Below are positions 19,962 through 29,423 of a stretch of DNA of 64,000 nucleotides, one piece after another. Position numbers and translations under genes: made by a program. The notes under the pieces are model-generated. The model was not told the origin of the DNA and did no database searches. It saw only the letters and a list, made by a program, of their open reading frames with translations. Source of the stretch: Thermodesulfobacteriota bacterium (lineage in GTDB: Bacteria; Desulfobacterota; Desulfobulbia; Desulfobulbales; SURF-16); the NCBI GenBank assembly GCA_040755455.1, contig JBFMAY010000001.1, positions 64,001 to 128,000 of the forward strand. The letters run 5' to 3'. Every line of letters starts with the position of its first letter. Position 1 is the stretch's first letter.

Positions 19962-20015
19962 GACCAGTCGGACCAGTCAGACCAGTAGGATCACCAAGAC
20001 CAACAGGACCAACAC
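19962..20015 (+). repeat. Six degenerate 9-bp tandem repeats (GACCAGTCR-like)
   Basis: GACCAGTCG GACCAGTCA GACCAGTAG GATCACCAA GACCAACAG GACCAACAC. Confidence 0.75.
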
Positions 20016-20016
20016 A

Positions 20017-20337
20017 ATGGATATGGATTCGATTTTAAAACGGGCCCAGGAGTTTCAGCACCTGATGAGCAAGAAGCAGGAGGAGCTGGCCGGCAGAACG
20101 GTCACCTCAACCGTCGGCGGCGGTATGGTCACCGTTACCGTCAATGGCAGATTCGAGATTGTGGCACTGCAGATTGACAAGGCGGCCATTGATCCAAATG
20201 AGGCAGTGATGCTGCAGGACCTGGTGGCGGCGGCGGTCAACGATGCCATGCGCAAGGCCAAGGAGATGACCCAGTCCGAGCTTGCCCGGCTGACCGGCGG
20301 TCTGGGGCTCAATCTGCCCGGCATGTTCGGCGGGTGA
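20017..20337 (+). CDS. ybaB: YbaB/EbfC nucleoid-associated protein
   Basis: GGGMVTVTVNG, LQDLVAAAVNDA; dnaX-ybaB-recR order. Confidence 0.95.
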   Translation: MDMDSILKRAQEFQHLMSKKQEELAGRTVTSTVGGGMVTVTVNGRFEIVALQIDKAAIDPNEAVMLQDLVAAAVNDAMRKAKEMTQSELARLTGGLGLNLPGMFGG

Positions 20338-20344
20338 GGGCAAA

Positions 20345-20944
20345 ATGAACGTCGTGCCCCCGGCCCTGGCCAGGCTGATTGCCGATTTCAACCGTCTGCC
20401 GGGCGTGGGCCGGAAAACGGCGACCCGGCTTGCCCTGCACCTCCTGCGGCGGCCTGCCGCCGAGGCCCAGGCCCTGGCCAGGGACCTGCACGATCTGCAT
20501 GAAACGATCCGGCTCTGCAGCAACTGTTTTGCCTTCTCCGAGACGGACCCCTGCGCCATCTGCGCCGATCAAGGGCGGGACGGCAGTCTGGTCTGTGTGG
20601 TGGAAGAGGCGGCGGATCTGATGGCCATCGAGAAGACCGGCGCATTCAAGGGGCAGTACCATATCCTGCACGGGGTGTTATCCCCCATGGACGGCATCGG
20701 GCCGGATGAGATCAAGATCCATGCCCTGATCGAGCGGATTGACCGGCAGCAGGTGGCTGAGGTGCTCATCGCCACCAGTTCTACGGTCCCGGGGGAGGCC
20801 ACGGCCGCCTATCTGATTGACAGTCTGCGGAAAAAAAAGGTCAAGGTCACCCGGCTGGCCTGCGGCATTCCCATGGGCATGGATATCAAATATGCCGATG
20901 AGCTGACCCTGAGCCGGGCCATTGAGGCGCGGAAAAGCTATTGA
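20345..20944 (+). CDS. recR: Recombination mediator RecR
   Basis: LPGVGRKTATRLA, C4 zinc finger, YHILHGVLSP, YADELTL. Confidence 0.97.
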   Translation: MNVVPPALARLIADFNRLPGVGRKTATRLALHLLRRPAAEAQALARDLHDLHETIRLCSNCFAFSETDPCAICADQGRDGSLVCVVEEAADLMAIEKTGAFKGQYHILHGVLSPMDGIGPDEIKIHALIERIDRQQVAEVLIATSSTVPGEATAAYLIDSLRKKKVKVTRLACGIPMGMDIKYADELTLSRAIEARKSY

Positions 20945-20970
20945 CCGGTTCGCGCGGTCAAATGTATAAT
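20941..20970 (+). promoter_or_regulatory. Candidate sigma-70 promoter upstream of tRNA-Val/thrS
   Basis: TTGACC-N18-TATAAT; overlaps the inverted repeat TTGACCG...CGGTCAA. Confidence 0.45.
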
Positions 20971-21139
20971 GTTCTTGACATTGCCGCTCTTTATTGGTAA
21001 TTCCTTCCCGTTTAGAGATTCAGGGAAAATAATGCCTCGCAGGAAATCTCAGGACAGTGCGGTGAAGTGGAGATTTTTGGCTAGCAAAGCCTTGCTGCCA
21101 GCCGCATCATCTTATTTTTGCGGGTTCATAAAGAAATAC

Positions 21140-21214
21140 AGGCGCGTAACTCAGTGGGAGAGTGCTACCTTGACATGGTAGAAGTCGGCGGTTCAATCCC
21201 GCCCGTGCCTACCA
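21140..21214 (+). tRNA. tRNA-Val(GAC)
   Basis: Anticodon arm CTACC-TTGACAT-GGTAG, GGTTCAATCCC, ACCA end. Confidence 0.96.
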
Positions 21215-21229
21215 ATTTTTTTACATAGC

Positions 21230-21293
21230 TGCGGTATGAACAAATAAACTTCGCAATATTTGCATGTTGCGAAGTTTATTTGTTCATACCGCA
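21230..21293. repeat. Perfect 27-bp inverted repeat between tRNA-Val and thrS
   Basis: TGCGGTATGAACAAATAAACTTCGCAA, 10-nt spacer, then its exact reverse complement. Confidence 0.9.
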
Positions 21294-21326
21294 TGCAACA
21301 TTCGGTAAAGAATAGAACTGGACGAT

Positions 21327-23246
21327 ATGGCAGATATTCGGTTGAGCACTGCGGGAAAAGAGGCCAAGAGCTTTCCCGCCGGCACCACGGCAGCTGAGGC
21401 GGTGAAGGCGCTCTGCTCCAGCAAGGAGCGGAAGAGCATTGTCGCCGTGCGGGTGGGAGAGCGGCTGCTTGATCTTGCCGAGCCCCTGACGGAAGATGCC
21501 GTACTTGAACCGGTGACCAAGGAGTCGCCCGAGGGCCTGGATATTCTGCGCCACAGCGCCTCGCACATCATGGCCCAGGCCGTGGTGGAACTCTACGGAC
21601 CGGATATCAAAGTAGCCATCGGCCCGGCCACGGAAGACGGCTTTTACTATGATTTTGACCGCAAGGAGCCCTTTACCCCGGATGATTTTGCCGCCATTGA
21701 GGCCAGGGTGCAGGAGATTGTTGCCGCCAATCTACCTTTTACCAGACAGACGCTAGCCATTGCCGAGGCGAAGAAGTTCTTCCAGGAAAAGGGCCAGCCG
21801 TACAAGGTGGAGCTGCTTGATGATATTGAGGCCGACACGGTCAGCATCTACCGCCAGGGTGATTTTGTCGATCTGTGCCGCGGGCCCCATATCGCCCATA
21901 CCGGCCTGCTGCAGGCCTTCAAACTGATGCGCATTGCCGGCGCCTACTGGCGCGGCGATGAGAAGCGGCCGATGCTGCAGCGCCTGTATGGCACCGCCTT
22001 TTATGATGCCAAGGAGCTGAAAAAATATCTCTATCAGCTTGAAGAGGCCAAAAAGCGGGACCATCGCAAGCTCGGCAAGGAGCTGGAGCTTTTTGCCATC
22101 AGCGACCAGGTCGGCCCCGGCCTGATCCTCTGGCTGCCCAAGGGTGCGCTGGTAAGAAGGATCATTGAGGATTACTGGAAGGACGAGCATTACCGCAACG
22201 GCTATGAACTGCTGTATACCCCGCACATCGCCAAACGGGAGATGTGGGCGACCAGCGGCCACCTTGACTTCTATGTGGATGACATGTTTTCCCCCATGGA
22301 AGTGGAGGAGGTGAGTTATCAGATCAAGCCGATGAACTGCCCTTTCCATATCGGCATTTACAAGACCAGGAAGAGGAGCTACCGGGAGTTCCCCATCCGC
22401 TGGTGCGAGCTGGGCACGGTTTACCGCTTCGAGCGGACCGGCGCCCTGCAGGGCCTGATGCGGGTGCGTGGTTTCACCCAGGATGACGCCCATATTTTCT
22501 GCCTGCCGGAGCAGCTTGAAGAAGAAATTTTCAATATTATTGATTTAAATCTTCACATTTTAAAGACATTCGGTTTTAGTGAATATGATATTTATCTGTC
22601 AACCCGGCCCGAGAAGTATGTGGGCTCGGATGACAACTGGCAGAAGGCCACCGACGCCTTGAAAATGGCCCTGGAAAAAAAGGGACTGCTCTACACCGTT
22701 GACCCCGGCGAGGGGGTCTTTTACGGGCCGAAAATCGACATCAAGATCAAGGATGTTCTGGGCCGCGCCTGGCAGTGCTCCACCATCCAGGTGGATTTCA
22801 ACCTGCCGGAGCGTTTCCAGCTTGCCTATACGGCGGAAGACAGCAGGGACCATCAGCCCATCATGATCCACCGGGCCCTCATGGGCTCGCTGGAGCGGTT
22901 CTTCGGCGTGCTCATCGAGCATTATGCCGGAGCGTTTCCGCTGTGGATGGCCCCGGTACAGGCCAAGGTGCTCAATATCACCGATGCCCAGCTTGATTAT
23001 GCTGAAAAGGTGTATCAGGAGCTGCGCAGTTCCGGGGTGCGGGTGGAAAAGGATACCCGTAATGAAAAATTGAATTATAAGATCCGTGAAGCACAGCTGG
23101 CGAAAATTCCCTATATGGTGATTATCGGCGACAAGGAGAAGGATACGGATACGGTGACGGTTCGCCTGCGCGACGGCAAGAACCTTGAGCCGATGTCCGT
23201 GTCGGATTTTGCAGAGATGATCCTGGCGGAGAGCCGGATTCGCTGA
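21327..23246 (+). CDS. thrS: Threonine--tRNA ligase
   Basis: LRHSASH, DLCRGPH, RDHRKLG, KPMNCP, FYGPKID. Confidence 0.98.
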   Translation: MADIRLSTAGKEAKSFPAGTTAAEAVKALCSSKERKSIVAVRVGERLLDLAEPLTEDAVLEPVTKESPEGLDILRHSASHIMAQAVVELYGPDIKVAIGPATEDGFYYDFDRKEPFTPDDFAAIEARVQEIVAANLPFTRQTLAIAEAKKFFQEKGQPYKVELLDDIEADTVSIYRQGDFVDLCRGPHIAHTGLLQAFKLMRIAGAYWRGDEKRPMLQRLYGTAFYDAKELKKYLYQLEEAKKRDHRKLGKELELFAISDQVGPGLILWLPKGALVRRIIEDYWKDEHYRNGYELLYTPHIAKREMWATSGHLDFYVDDMFSPMEVEEVSYQIKPMNCPFHIGIYKTRKRSYREFPIRWCELGTVYRFERTGALQGLMRVRGFTQDDAHIFCLPEQLEEEIFNIIDLNLHILKTFGFSEYDIYLSTRPEKYVGSDDNWQKATDALKMALEKKGLLYTVDPGEGVFYGPKIDIKIKDVLGRAWQCSTIQVDFNLPERFQLAYTAEDSRDHQPIMIHRALMGSLERFFGVLIEHYAGAFPLWMAPVQAKVLNITDAQLDYAEKVYQELRSSGVRVEKDTRNEKLNYKIREAQLAKIPYMVIIGDKEKDTDTVTVRLRDGKNLEPMSVSDFAEMILAESRIR

Positions 23247-23309
23247 ACTGTTGTTTGCGTGAGCGGACTCTGTAAGGTTTTCAGTATGGAATAATGTGGA
23301 GGTAAGCGT

Positions 23310-23852
23310 ATTAAAAGAAAAAAGACTGTTAAGGGCGGGCGTGATCTGAAGGCCAGGGTAAATGACCAGATCAGAGAGAAAGAGGTGCGGGTCATTGATG
23401 ATGAAGGACAGCAGCTTGGGGTAATTTCGACCCAAGAGGCCTTGGCAAAGGCGGAAGCGGTAGGGCTTGACCTCGTTGAGGTCTCAGCCTCGGCAGACCC
23501 GCCGGTCTGTCGGATCATGGATTACGGCAAATATCGGTACGAGCAGAGCAAAAAGCAGGCGGAAGCCAAGAAGAAACAGGCCGTGGTCGAGGTGAAGGAA
23601 ATCAAGCTCCGGCCGAAGACCGAAAAACATGATCTCGACTTTAAGGTTCGCAACATTCGCAAATTTATAGCGCAGAAAAATAAGGTAAAAGTGACCTTGC
23701 GATTCAGGGGAAGGGAGATTGTCTATGCCGACAGTCTGGGCTTGGAACTGCTGAATCAGATAGCCGGCATTCTGGAAGATGTTGCCGTCATCGCCCAGCC
23801 GCCGACCATGGAAGGCCGCCAGATGGTGATGCTGGTGGCGCCGAAAGGCTGA
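23310..23852 (+). CDS. infC: Translation initiation factor IF-3 (ATT start)
   Basis: GGAGG 7 nt before an in-frame ATT at 23310; ..RVNDQIREKEVRVID.., PPVCRIMDYGKY, KEIKLRP. Confidence 0.93.
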   Translation: MKRKKTVKGGRDLKARVNDQIREKEVRVIDDEGQQLGVISTQEALAKAEAVGLDLVEVSASADPPVCRIMDYGKYRYEQSKKQAEAKKKQAVVEVKEIKLRPKTEKHDLDFKVRNIRKFIAQKNKVKVTLRFRGREIVYADSLGLELLNQIAGILEDVAVIAQPPTMEGRQMVMLVAPKG

Positions 23853-24020
23853 TAGTTGCGGGCAGGTTTTCCGCCTTCATGAAGGGCACCACTGAGCGGA
23901 AAAAGAAGAGAGATTTTACAGGTATTCAAGTTTCAGCGAACGGATTCCCTTGTGATTCGGTTCCGGCTGCCAAGCTTACCTCATAAAATTTGTAACTTTA
24001 TATAAACAGGAGTGTATGTT

Positions 24021-24218
24021 ATGCCAAAAATGAAGACCAATAGAGGGGCTGCCAAACGTTTTAAGATGAGCGGCTCCGGCAAGGTTATTCGCAGAAAGGC
24101 GTTTACCAGTCATATTTTGACGAAAAAAAGCACTAAAAGAAAAAGAAATCTGCGTCAGTCAGCAGTTGTTGATTCCGCCAATAGTAAAGGGATCAAGCGT
24201 ATTCTGCCCTATATGTAG
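24021..24218 (+). CDS. rpmI: 50S ribosomal protein L35
   Basis: [14 protein letters not shown]. Confidence 0.97.
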   Translation: MPKMKTNRGAAKRFKMSGSGKVIRRKAFTSHILTKKSTKRKRNLRQSAVVDSANSKGIKRILPYM

Positions 24219-24233
24219 ATCAAGGAGATTGCA

Positions 24234-24578
24234 ATGCCCAGAGTGACACGCGGTTTTAAAGCACGCCGCAGAAGAAATAGAGTTCTTAAACTGGCCAAGG
24301 GATTTCGTGGAGCCCGCCATCGTCTTTACCGCACGGCTACCGAGGCGGTTGATCATGCCCTTACCTATGCCTATCGTGACCGCCGCGCGAAAAAGCGGGA
24401 TTTCAGGCGCCTGTGGATCGTGCGTATCGGCGCCGGAGCAGAACTGAACGGCACATCTTACAGCCGTCTGATCGGTGGTCTGAAAAAAGCGAATGTGGAG
24501 CTTGACCGCAAGGTTCTCTCCAACCTGGCTATTCTTGATCCAAACGCCTTTTCAGCTGTTGCGAAGCTCGCTTCCTGA
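24234..24578 (+). CDS. rplT: 50S ribosomal protein L20
   Basis: [23 protein letters not shown]. Confidence 0.97.
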   Translation: MPRVTRGFKARRRRNRVLKLAKGFRGARHRLYRTATEAVDHALTYAYRDRRAKKRDFRRLWIVRIGAGAELNGTSYSRLIGGLKKANVELDRKVLSNLAILDPNAFSAVAKLAS

Positions 24579-24579
24579 T

Positions 24580-24610
24580 CGTAACGGAAAAGACAATTCC
24601 GTTACGTTTC
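24580..24610 (+). terminator. Hairpin just after rplT
   Basis: CGTAACGGAA-N7-TTCCGTTACG followed by TTTC. Confidence 0.55.
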
Positions 24611-24692
24611 CCCTGGCTCACGCGAGCCGCATCCGCGCGGAATGCTCATGATTCCCCACGGAAGATCGGAGTCGACTTTCTACGAAACAAAC

Positions 24693-24720
24693 ATGGCCCT
24701 GCTCAGGGCCATTTATTTTC
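24693..24720 (+). terminator. Intrinsic terminator-like hairpin upstream of pheS
   Basis: ATGGCCCT-GCTC-AGGGCCAT followed by TTATTTTC. Confidence 0.55.
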
Positions 24721-24772
24721 AGGCATGAAAGTCCTCTAGCCCTAGGTACGGAGCGGACTTTCTGGTAAATTT

Positions 24773-25789
24773 ATGGAAGAAGAATTACTTCGCCTGCAAA
24801 AAGAGGCATGCCGGGATCTGACATCACTTTGCGATGTGAAGGATCTTGAACCGTTCCGTGTTCGCTATCTCGGCCGGAAAAGCGAATTTACCGGACTGAT
24901 GCGCAAACTTGGCCAGGTTGCCGAGGAGGAGAGACCCCGACTCGGCAAGCTGGCCAACGACATTAAAGTCGATCTTGAAAATCGCTTTGCCGCGAAAAAG
25001 ACGGAACTGGCAGAGGCCGCCCGCAGTGAGGCAGGCTCTGCCTCCACCGTTGATCTGACCCTGCCGGGCCGCACCTCTCCCTATGGCAAGCTGCATCCGG
25101 TAACACAGATCATGGAAGAAATCTGCGCCATTTTTGAAGGCATGGGTTTCGGCGTGGCCGAGGGACCGGATGTTGAAACGGATTTTTACAATTTCGAGGC
25201 CCTGAACATCCCCAAGCATCACCCGGCCCGGGACATGCATGATACGTTCTACATCAATGACAGTCTCCTGCTGCGCACCCACACCTCCCCCATGCAGGCC
25301 CGCATCATGGAAAAGAGCCGGCCGCCGCTCAGGATGATCGCCCCGGGCAAGGTATACCGCTGCGATTCCGATATAACCCACACCCCGATGTTTCATCAGG
25401 TCGAGGGATTTCTGGTGGACAGAAAGGTCTCCTTTGCCGACCTGCGCGGCGTGCTCGGCGTGTTTATCGCCCGGATGTTTGACGAGCGCACGGCCATGCG
25501 CGCCAGACCGAGTTTCTTCCCCTTTACCGAGCCAAGCGCGGAAATCGACATCGCCTGCGTCATCTGCCGCGGCAAGGGTTGCCGGGTCTGCAAACAGACC
25601 GGCTGGCTGGAGATTCTCGGCGCGGGCATGATCGATCCCGAGGTGTTCAAGCAGGTGGGATATGACCCGGAGGAGTACAGCGGCTTTGCCTTTGGCCTCG
25701 GGGTGGAGCGCATCGCCATGCTCAAATACGGCATCAATGATATAAGGCTGTACTATGAAAATGATCTGCGTTTTCTCTCGCAGTTCTAA
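24773..25789 (+). CDS. pheS: Phenylalanine--tRNA ligase alpha subunit
   Basis: HPARDMHDTFY, LRTHTSP, FPFTEPS, GFAFGLGVER. Confidence 0.98.
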   Translation: MEEELLRLQKEACRDLTSLCDVKDLEPFRVRYLGRKSEFTGLMRKLGQVAEEERPRLGKLANDIKVDLENRFAAKKTELAEAARSEAGSASTVDLTLPGRTSPYGKLHPVTQIMEEICAIFEGMGFGVAEGPDVETDFYNFEALNIPKHHPARDMHDTFYINDSLLLRTHTSPMQARIMEKSRPPLRMIAPGKVYRCDSDITHTPMFHQVEGFLVDRKVSFADLRGVLGVFIARMFDERTAMRARPSFFPFTEPSAEIDIACVICRGKGCRVCKQTGWLEILGAGMIDPEVFKQVGYDPEEYSGFAFGLGVERIAMLKYGINDIRLYYENDLRFLSQF

Positions 25790-25919
25790 CAGCAGAAGGT
25801 TAAGCCTGTTAGGCTGTAGTCTGTGAGGTAAAGTTTATTTTTTACGAAATTACTATTGCCAGCAAAACGCTTACAGGCTAGAAAAAACTACAAACTCAAA
25901 ACCTCATACCGATTCGCCC

Positions 25920-28343
25920 ATGAAATTTACCTTTGACTGGCTGAGACAATTTGTTGACGTGAACATCACCCCGGCTGAACTGGCTGACCGGCTCACCATG
26001 GCCGGTCTGGAGGTTGACGCGGTTGAGGAGATTTTCGGCGGTCTTGCCGGCGTCAAGGTGGCTGAGATTCTCTCCGTCTCGCCCCATCCCGATGCCGACC
26101 GGCTGGTGGTCTGCCAGGTGGCGGTGGGCGAGGAGAAGGTGCAGGTGGTATGCGGAGCGCCCAATGCCAGGGCCGGCCTGTTCAGCGCCCTGGCCCTGCC
26201 CGGTGCTGTTCTGCCCTCCGGCATGACCATCAAAAAGAGCAAGATCCGCGGCCAGGCCTCCCAAGGCATGCTCTGCTCGGAAAAGGATCTGGGCATCAGT
26301 GACAATCACGGCGGCATCATGGAGCTTGACTGGCTGCATGAGTCGGGTGATGATCTGGCCCAGGCCCTGCAGCTCAGAGATACGGTCATCGAGGTTGATC
26401 TCACCCCCAATCGCCCTGACTGCACCTCGGTCATGGGCATCGGCCGGGAAAGCGCCGCCTTTTGCGGCACCTCCCTCACCCCGCCGGTGACCAGGCGGGA
26501 CAATCCCCGTCTTACTGGGGAAAACTGTGAATTCAGCGTCACCGTGGAACACGAGGACTGTCCCCGTTACGCGGCAAGAATCTTAAAGAACGTCAAAATC
26601 GGGCCATCGCCCTGGTGGCTCAGGAAGCGGTTGCTCGCCGTGGGGCAGCGGCCGATCAACAATGTGGTTGATGTCACCAACTTTGTCATGCTTGAATATG
26701 GCCAGCCGCTGCACGCCTTTGATTTCAAGAAGCTGCACGGCGGCGCCATTGTGGTCCGCCGGGCCAGGAACGGAGAGACCCTGACCACCCTGGACAATGT
26801 GGAAAGAAAGCTTGAGCCGGACATGCTGATGATCTGTGACGCCGAGCGTCCGGTGGCTGTTGCCGGGGTGATGGGCGGGGCCAACTCCGAGGTTGACCAG
26901 CACACCACCGAGGTGCTCCTCGAGTCCGCCTGTTTTGCGCCGGTGAGCGTCAGGCGCACCGCCAGGCGCCTTAACTTGGCCACCGAGGCATCCTACCGCT
27001 TTGAACGCGGGGTTGATCCGGAGCTGCCGCCCGTTGCCATGGAACGGGCGGTTCGTCTGCTTTGCGAGGTGGCCGGGGCAGAGGTGGTCGCGGGGGGGGT
27101 GGACCGGGCGGAAGGCGTCAAAAAGCGTGAACCCATCATGCTGCGGGTCAGCAGGGTGAAGGATCAGCTCGGCTATGATTTCACCCCCGGGGAGATCATA
27201 GCCCTGCTGTCTGCCATTGAAATCGAGGTCCAGCCGCTTGGCAACGACACACTGCAGGTTGCCCCGCCCAGTTTCCGCGTTGATCTCACGCGGGAGGTCG
27301 ATCTCATTGAAGAGGTGGCCCGCTTGAAGGGGTATAACGAGTTTCCCCAGACCATGCCGCTGGTGCCCATGTCGGCGGCCTGGCAGGACCCGGCCCGGAA
27401 ACTGCGGCAGGATATAGCCGCGGCCATGACCGGCCTTGGCTTTTATGAGGCGATCAACTACAGTTTCGTCACCCCCCGCCACGCGGACATGCTCGGCTTG
27501 GCCCCCGATGATGGCCGCAGAAAGACGGTGCAGCTGAAAAATCCGCTGGCTGAGGATCAGAGCGTGCTGCGTGCCATGCTGCTGCCCGGCCTGCTTGAAA
27601 ATGTGCGGCGCAACGTTAATTATCAGGTGGCGGATATCCGTCTTTTTGAGATCGGCAAATGTTTCGTGCCGGGCCCAGGTCTGGCGCAGCCGGAGGAGAA
27701 GACCTATCTCACCGCCGTGCTGAGCGGACGCAGGCTGCCGGGTGCCCCCCTTCTCCATATGGGGGAGGAAAAATGCGATATTTACGATGTCAAGGGTGTG
27801 CTGGAGACGCTGCTTGCCAGGCTTGGTTTTTCCGGTATCGGTTTTGCTCTCGCCCCTGAGGCGGTCGAGCCCTATTGCGAAGCTGACAGCTTTGCCCAAG
27901 TCAGCGTGCAGGGCAGGGTGCTGGGATGCTTTGCCCGGATTGCCAGGGAGTCGCTTCTGCTTTTCGGTATCAAGCAGGATGTCTATTTTCTTAATCTGCA
28001 TCTCGATGCGCTGCTTGCCGGGACCAAGGACACAAAACAATTCGTCTCACTGCCCAAGTTCCCGGCTGTGAAATGGGACATTGCCGTGGTCGTGCCCGAG
28101 CAGGTCCGGGTGGGTGAGATGGTCGAGTCGATCCGGCAGAGCGGCATCTCGCTCATTGAACAGGTCGAACTCTTTGACGTCTTTCGCGGCGGCGCCATCA
28201 GCAAGGGGATGAAGAGTGTCGCCGTCCAGGTTACCTACCGTTCGGCTGAGCAGACCCTTGATGACGAAACCGTTGGCCGGGAGCACCGGAAAATTATCGA
28301 TATGATCCTGACCCGTTTCAGCGGTCAGTTACGTGAGGTATAA
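25920..28343 (+). CDS. pheT: Phenylalanine--tRNA ligase beta subunit
   Basis: HPDADRL, VVCGAPN, TPNRPD, RFERGVD, DLIEEVAR. Confidence 0.98.
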   Translation: MKFTFDWLRQFVDVNITPAELADRLTMAGLEVDAVEEIFGGLAGVKVAEILSVSPHPDADRLVVCQVAVGEEKVQVVCGAPNARAGLFSALALPGAVLPSGMTIKKSKIRGQASQGMLCSEKDLGISDNHGGIMELDWLHESGDDLAQALQLRDTVIEVDLTPNRPDCTSVMGIGRESAAFCGTSLTPPVTRRDNPRLTGENCEFSVTVEHEDCPRYAARILKNVKIGPSPWWLRKRLLAVGQRPINNVVDVTNFVMLEYGQPLHAFDFKKLHGGAIVVRRARNGETLTTLDNVERKLEPDMLMICDAERPVAVAGVMGGANSEVDQHTTEVLLESACFAPVSVRRTARRLNLATEASYRFERGVDPELPPVAMERAVRLLCEVAGAEVVAGGVDRAEGVKKREPIMLRVSRVKDQLGYDFTPGEIIALLSAIEIEVQPLGNDTLQVAPPSFRVDLTREVDLIEEVARLKGYNEFPQTMPLVPMSAAWQDPARKLRQDIAAAMTGLGFYEAINYSFVTPRHADMLGLAPDDGRRKTVQLKNPLAEDQSVLRAMLLPGLLENVRRNVNYQVADIRLFEIGKCFVPGPGLAQPEEKTYLTAVLSGRRLPGAPLLHMGEEKCDIYDVKGVLETLLARLGFSGIGFALAPEAVEPYCEADSFAQVSVQGRVLGCFARIARESLLLFGIKQDVYFLNLHLDALLAGTKDTKQFVSLPKFPAVKWDIAVVVPEQVRVGEMVESIRQSGISLIEQVELFDVFRGGAISKGMKSVAVQVTYRSAEQTLDDETVGREHRKIIDMILTRFSGQLREV

Positions 28344-28348
28344 CTGTA

Positions 28349-28636
28349 ATGAAATCAAATCTCACCAGAAAGGAACTGGCCCAGGCGATTAATGAAAAAC
28401 TGGGTATTTCCCAGCGCAGCGCCGGCGAGCTGGTGGATCTCGTCTTTTCCACCCTGCGGCAGACCCTGCTGGATGAAGAGTCGGTAAAGCTCGTCCAGTT
28501 CGGCACCTTCACCGTAAGGAATAAATCGCCCCGCATGGGTAGAAATCCCCGCACCGGCGAAACCATGGAAATTGCCAAGCGCAGCATGGTGTCATTCAAG
28601 GCGAGCAAGAGTTTGCGGCAGAAAATCAATTCCTGA
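28349..28636 (+). CDS. ihfA: Integration host factor alpha subunit
   Basis: FGTF...RMGRNPRTGE; follows pheT. Confidence 0.93.
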   Translation: MKSNLTRKELAQAINEKLGISQRSAGELVDLVFSTLRQTLLDEESVKLVQFGTFTVRNKSPRMGRNPRTGETMEIAKRSMVSFKASKSLRQKINS

Positions 28637-28763
28637 GGTGGTTGATATTGTAAAAAATGAGGAAGAGTTTTTTGCGTGAAGATGTTACGATAGAAAGCGG
28701 AGTTGGCAGCCAAACGTAAATCTAAAGATAAGCGGATCAGTGACCGGCAAACCTCACAATCAT

Positions 28764-29153
28764 ATGGACAGCCACATTGGTGAGGAAACAGAACACCAAG
28801 GTGTCATTCCTGACAAGAGATACTTCAAGATTGGAGAGGTTTGCGAAATAGCGGGGGTCAAGCAGCATGTCCTGCGCTACTGGGAGTCCGAGTTCAAACA
28901 GCTGATCCGGCCCCAGCGCGCTTCCTCCAAGCAGCGCCTGTACCGGCGGGTTGATGTTGAAAATATTCTGCAAATCAAGAAGCTGCTGAAGGATGACGGC
29001 TTTACCATACCGGGCGCAAAAAAGCTGTTTGCCAGCAGAAAGGGCAATGAGCAGAAAGGGCAGCCGGAAAACAGGAATATGGATGTGAAGGTTTTTCTGG
29101 CTGACCTGAAAGCCGAACTACTCGTCATCCAGCAATTATTGCAGGATGAATGA
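28764..29153 (+). CDS. MerR-family HTH regulator
   Basis: [22 protein letters not shown]; conserved pheT-ihfA-merR-tRNA-Pro context; alternative GTG start at 28740. Confidence 0.9.
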   Translation: MDSHIGEETEHQGVIPDKRYFKIGEVCEIAGVKQHVLRYWESEFKQLIRPQRASSKQRLYRRVDVENILQIKKLLKDDGFTIPGAKKLFASRKGNEQKGQPENRNMDVKVFLADLKAELLVIQQLLQDE

Positions 29154-29245
29154 TGAGTTTGATGCAATGCTTCTTGACAGGTATTCATCCGCCATGCTAA
29201 ATAGGGCGATTGCAATTAAAAAAATGCATTATTAAAGAATAGGGT

Positions 29246-29322
29246 CGGGATGTAGCGCAGTCTGGTAGCGCACTTGAATGGGGTTCAAGGGGCCGGAGGT
29301 TCGAATCCTCTCATCCCGACCA
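29246..29322 (+). tRNA. tRNA-Pro(GGG)
   Basis: Anticodon arm CTTGA-ATGGGGT-TCAAG, GTTCGAATCC, ACCA end. Confidence 0.96.
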
Positions 29323-29423
29323 GTTTTAGCAAGGGGTTGTAGATTTTCTTCTACAGCCCTTTTTCTGTCCAGCCATTGTTCAGCTTTTTTTTTACGGTCC
29401 GCCCGGCCTCATCTCCTTAGCAC

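Noticed and set aside
24642..24728. 28-codon ORF upstream of pheS as a pheM-type attenuator peptide
   Set aside because: Only two scattered Phe codons, no clear RBS, and it runs through the terminator hairpin
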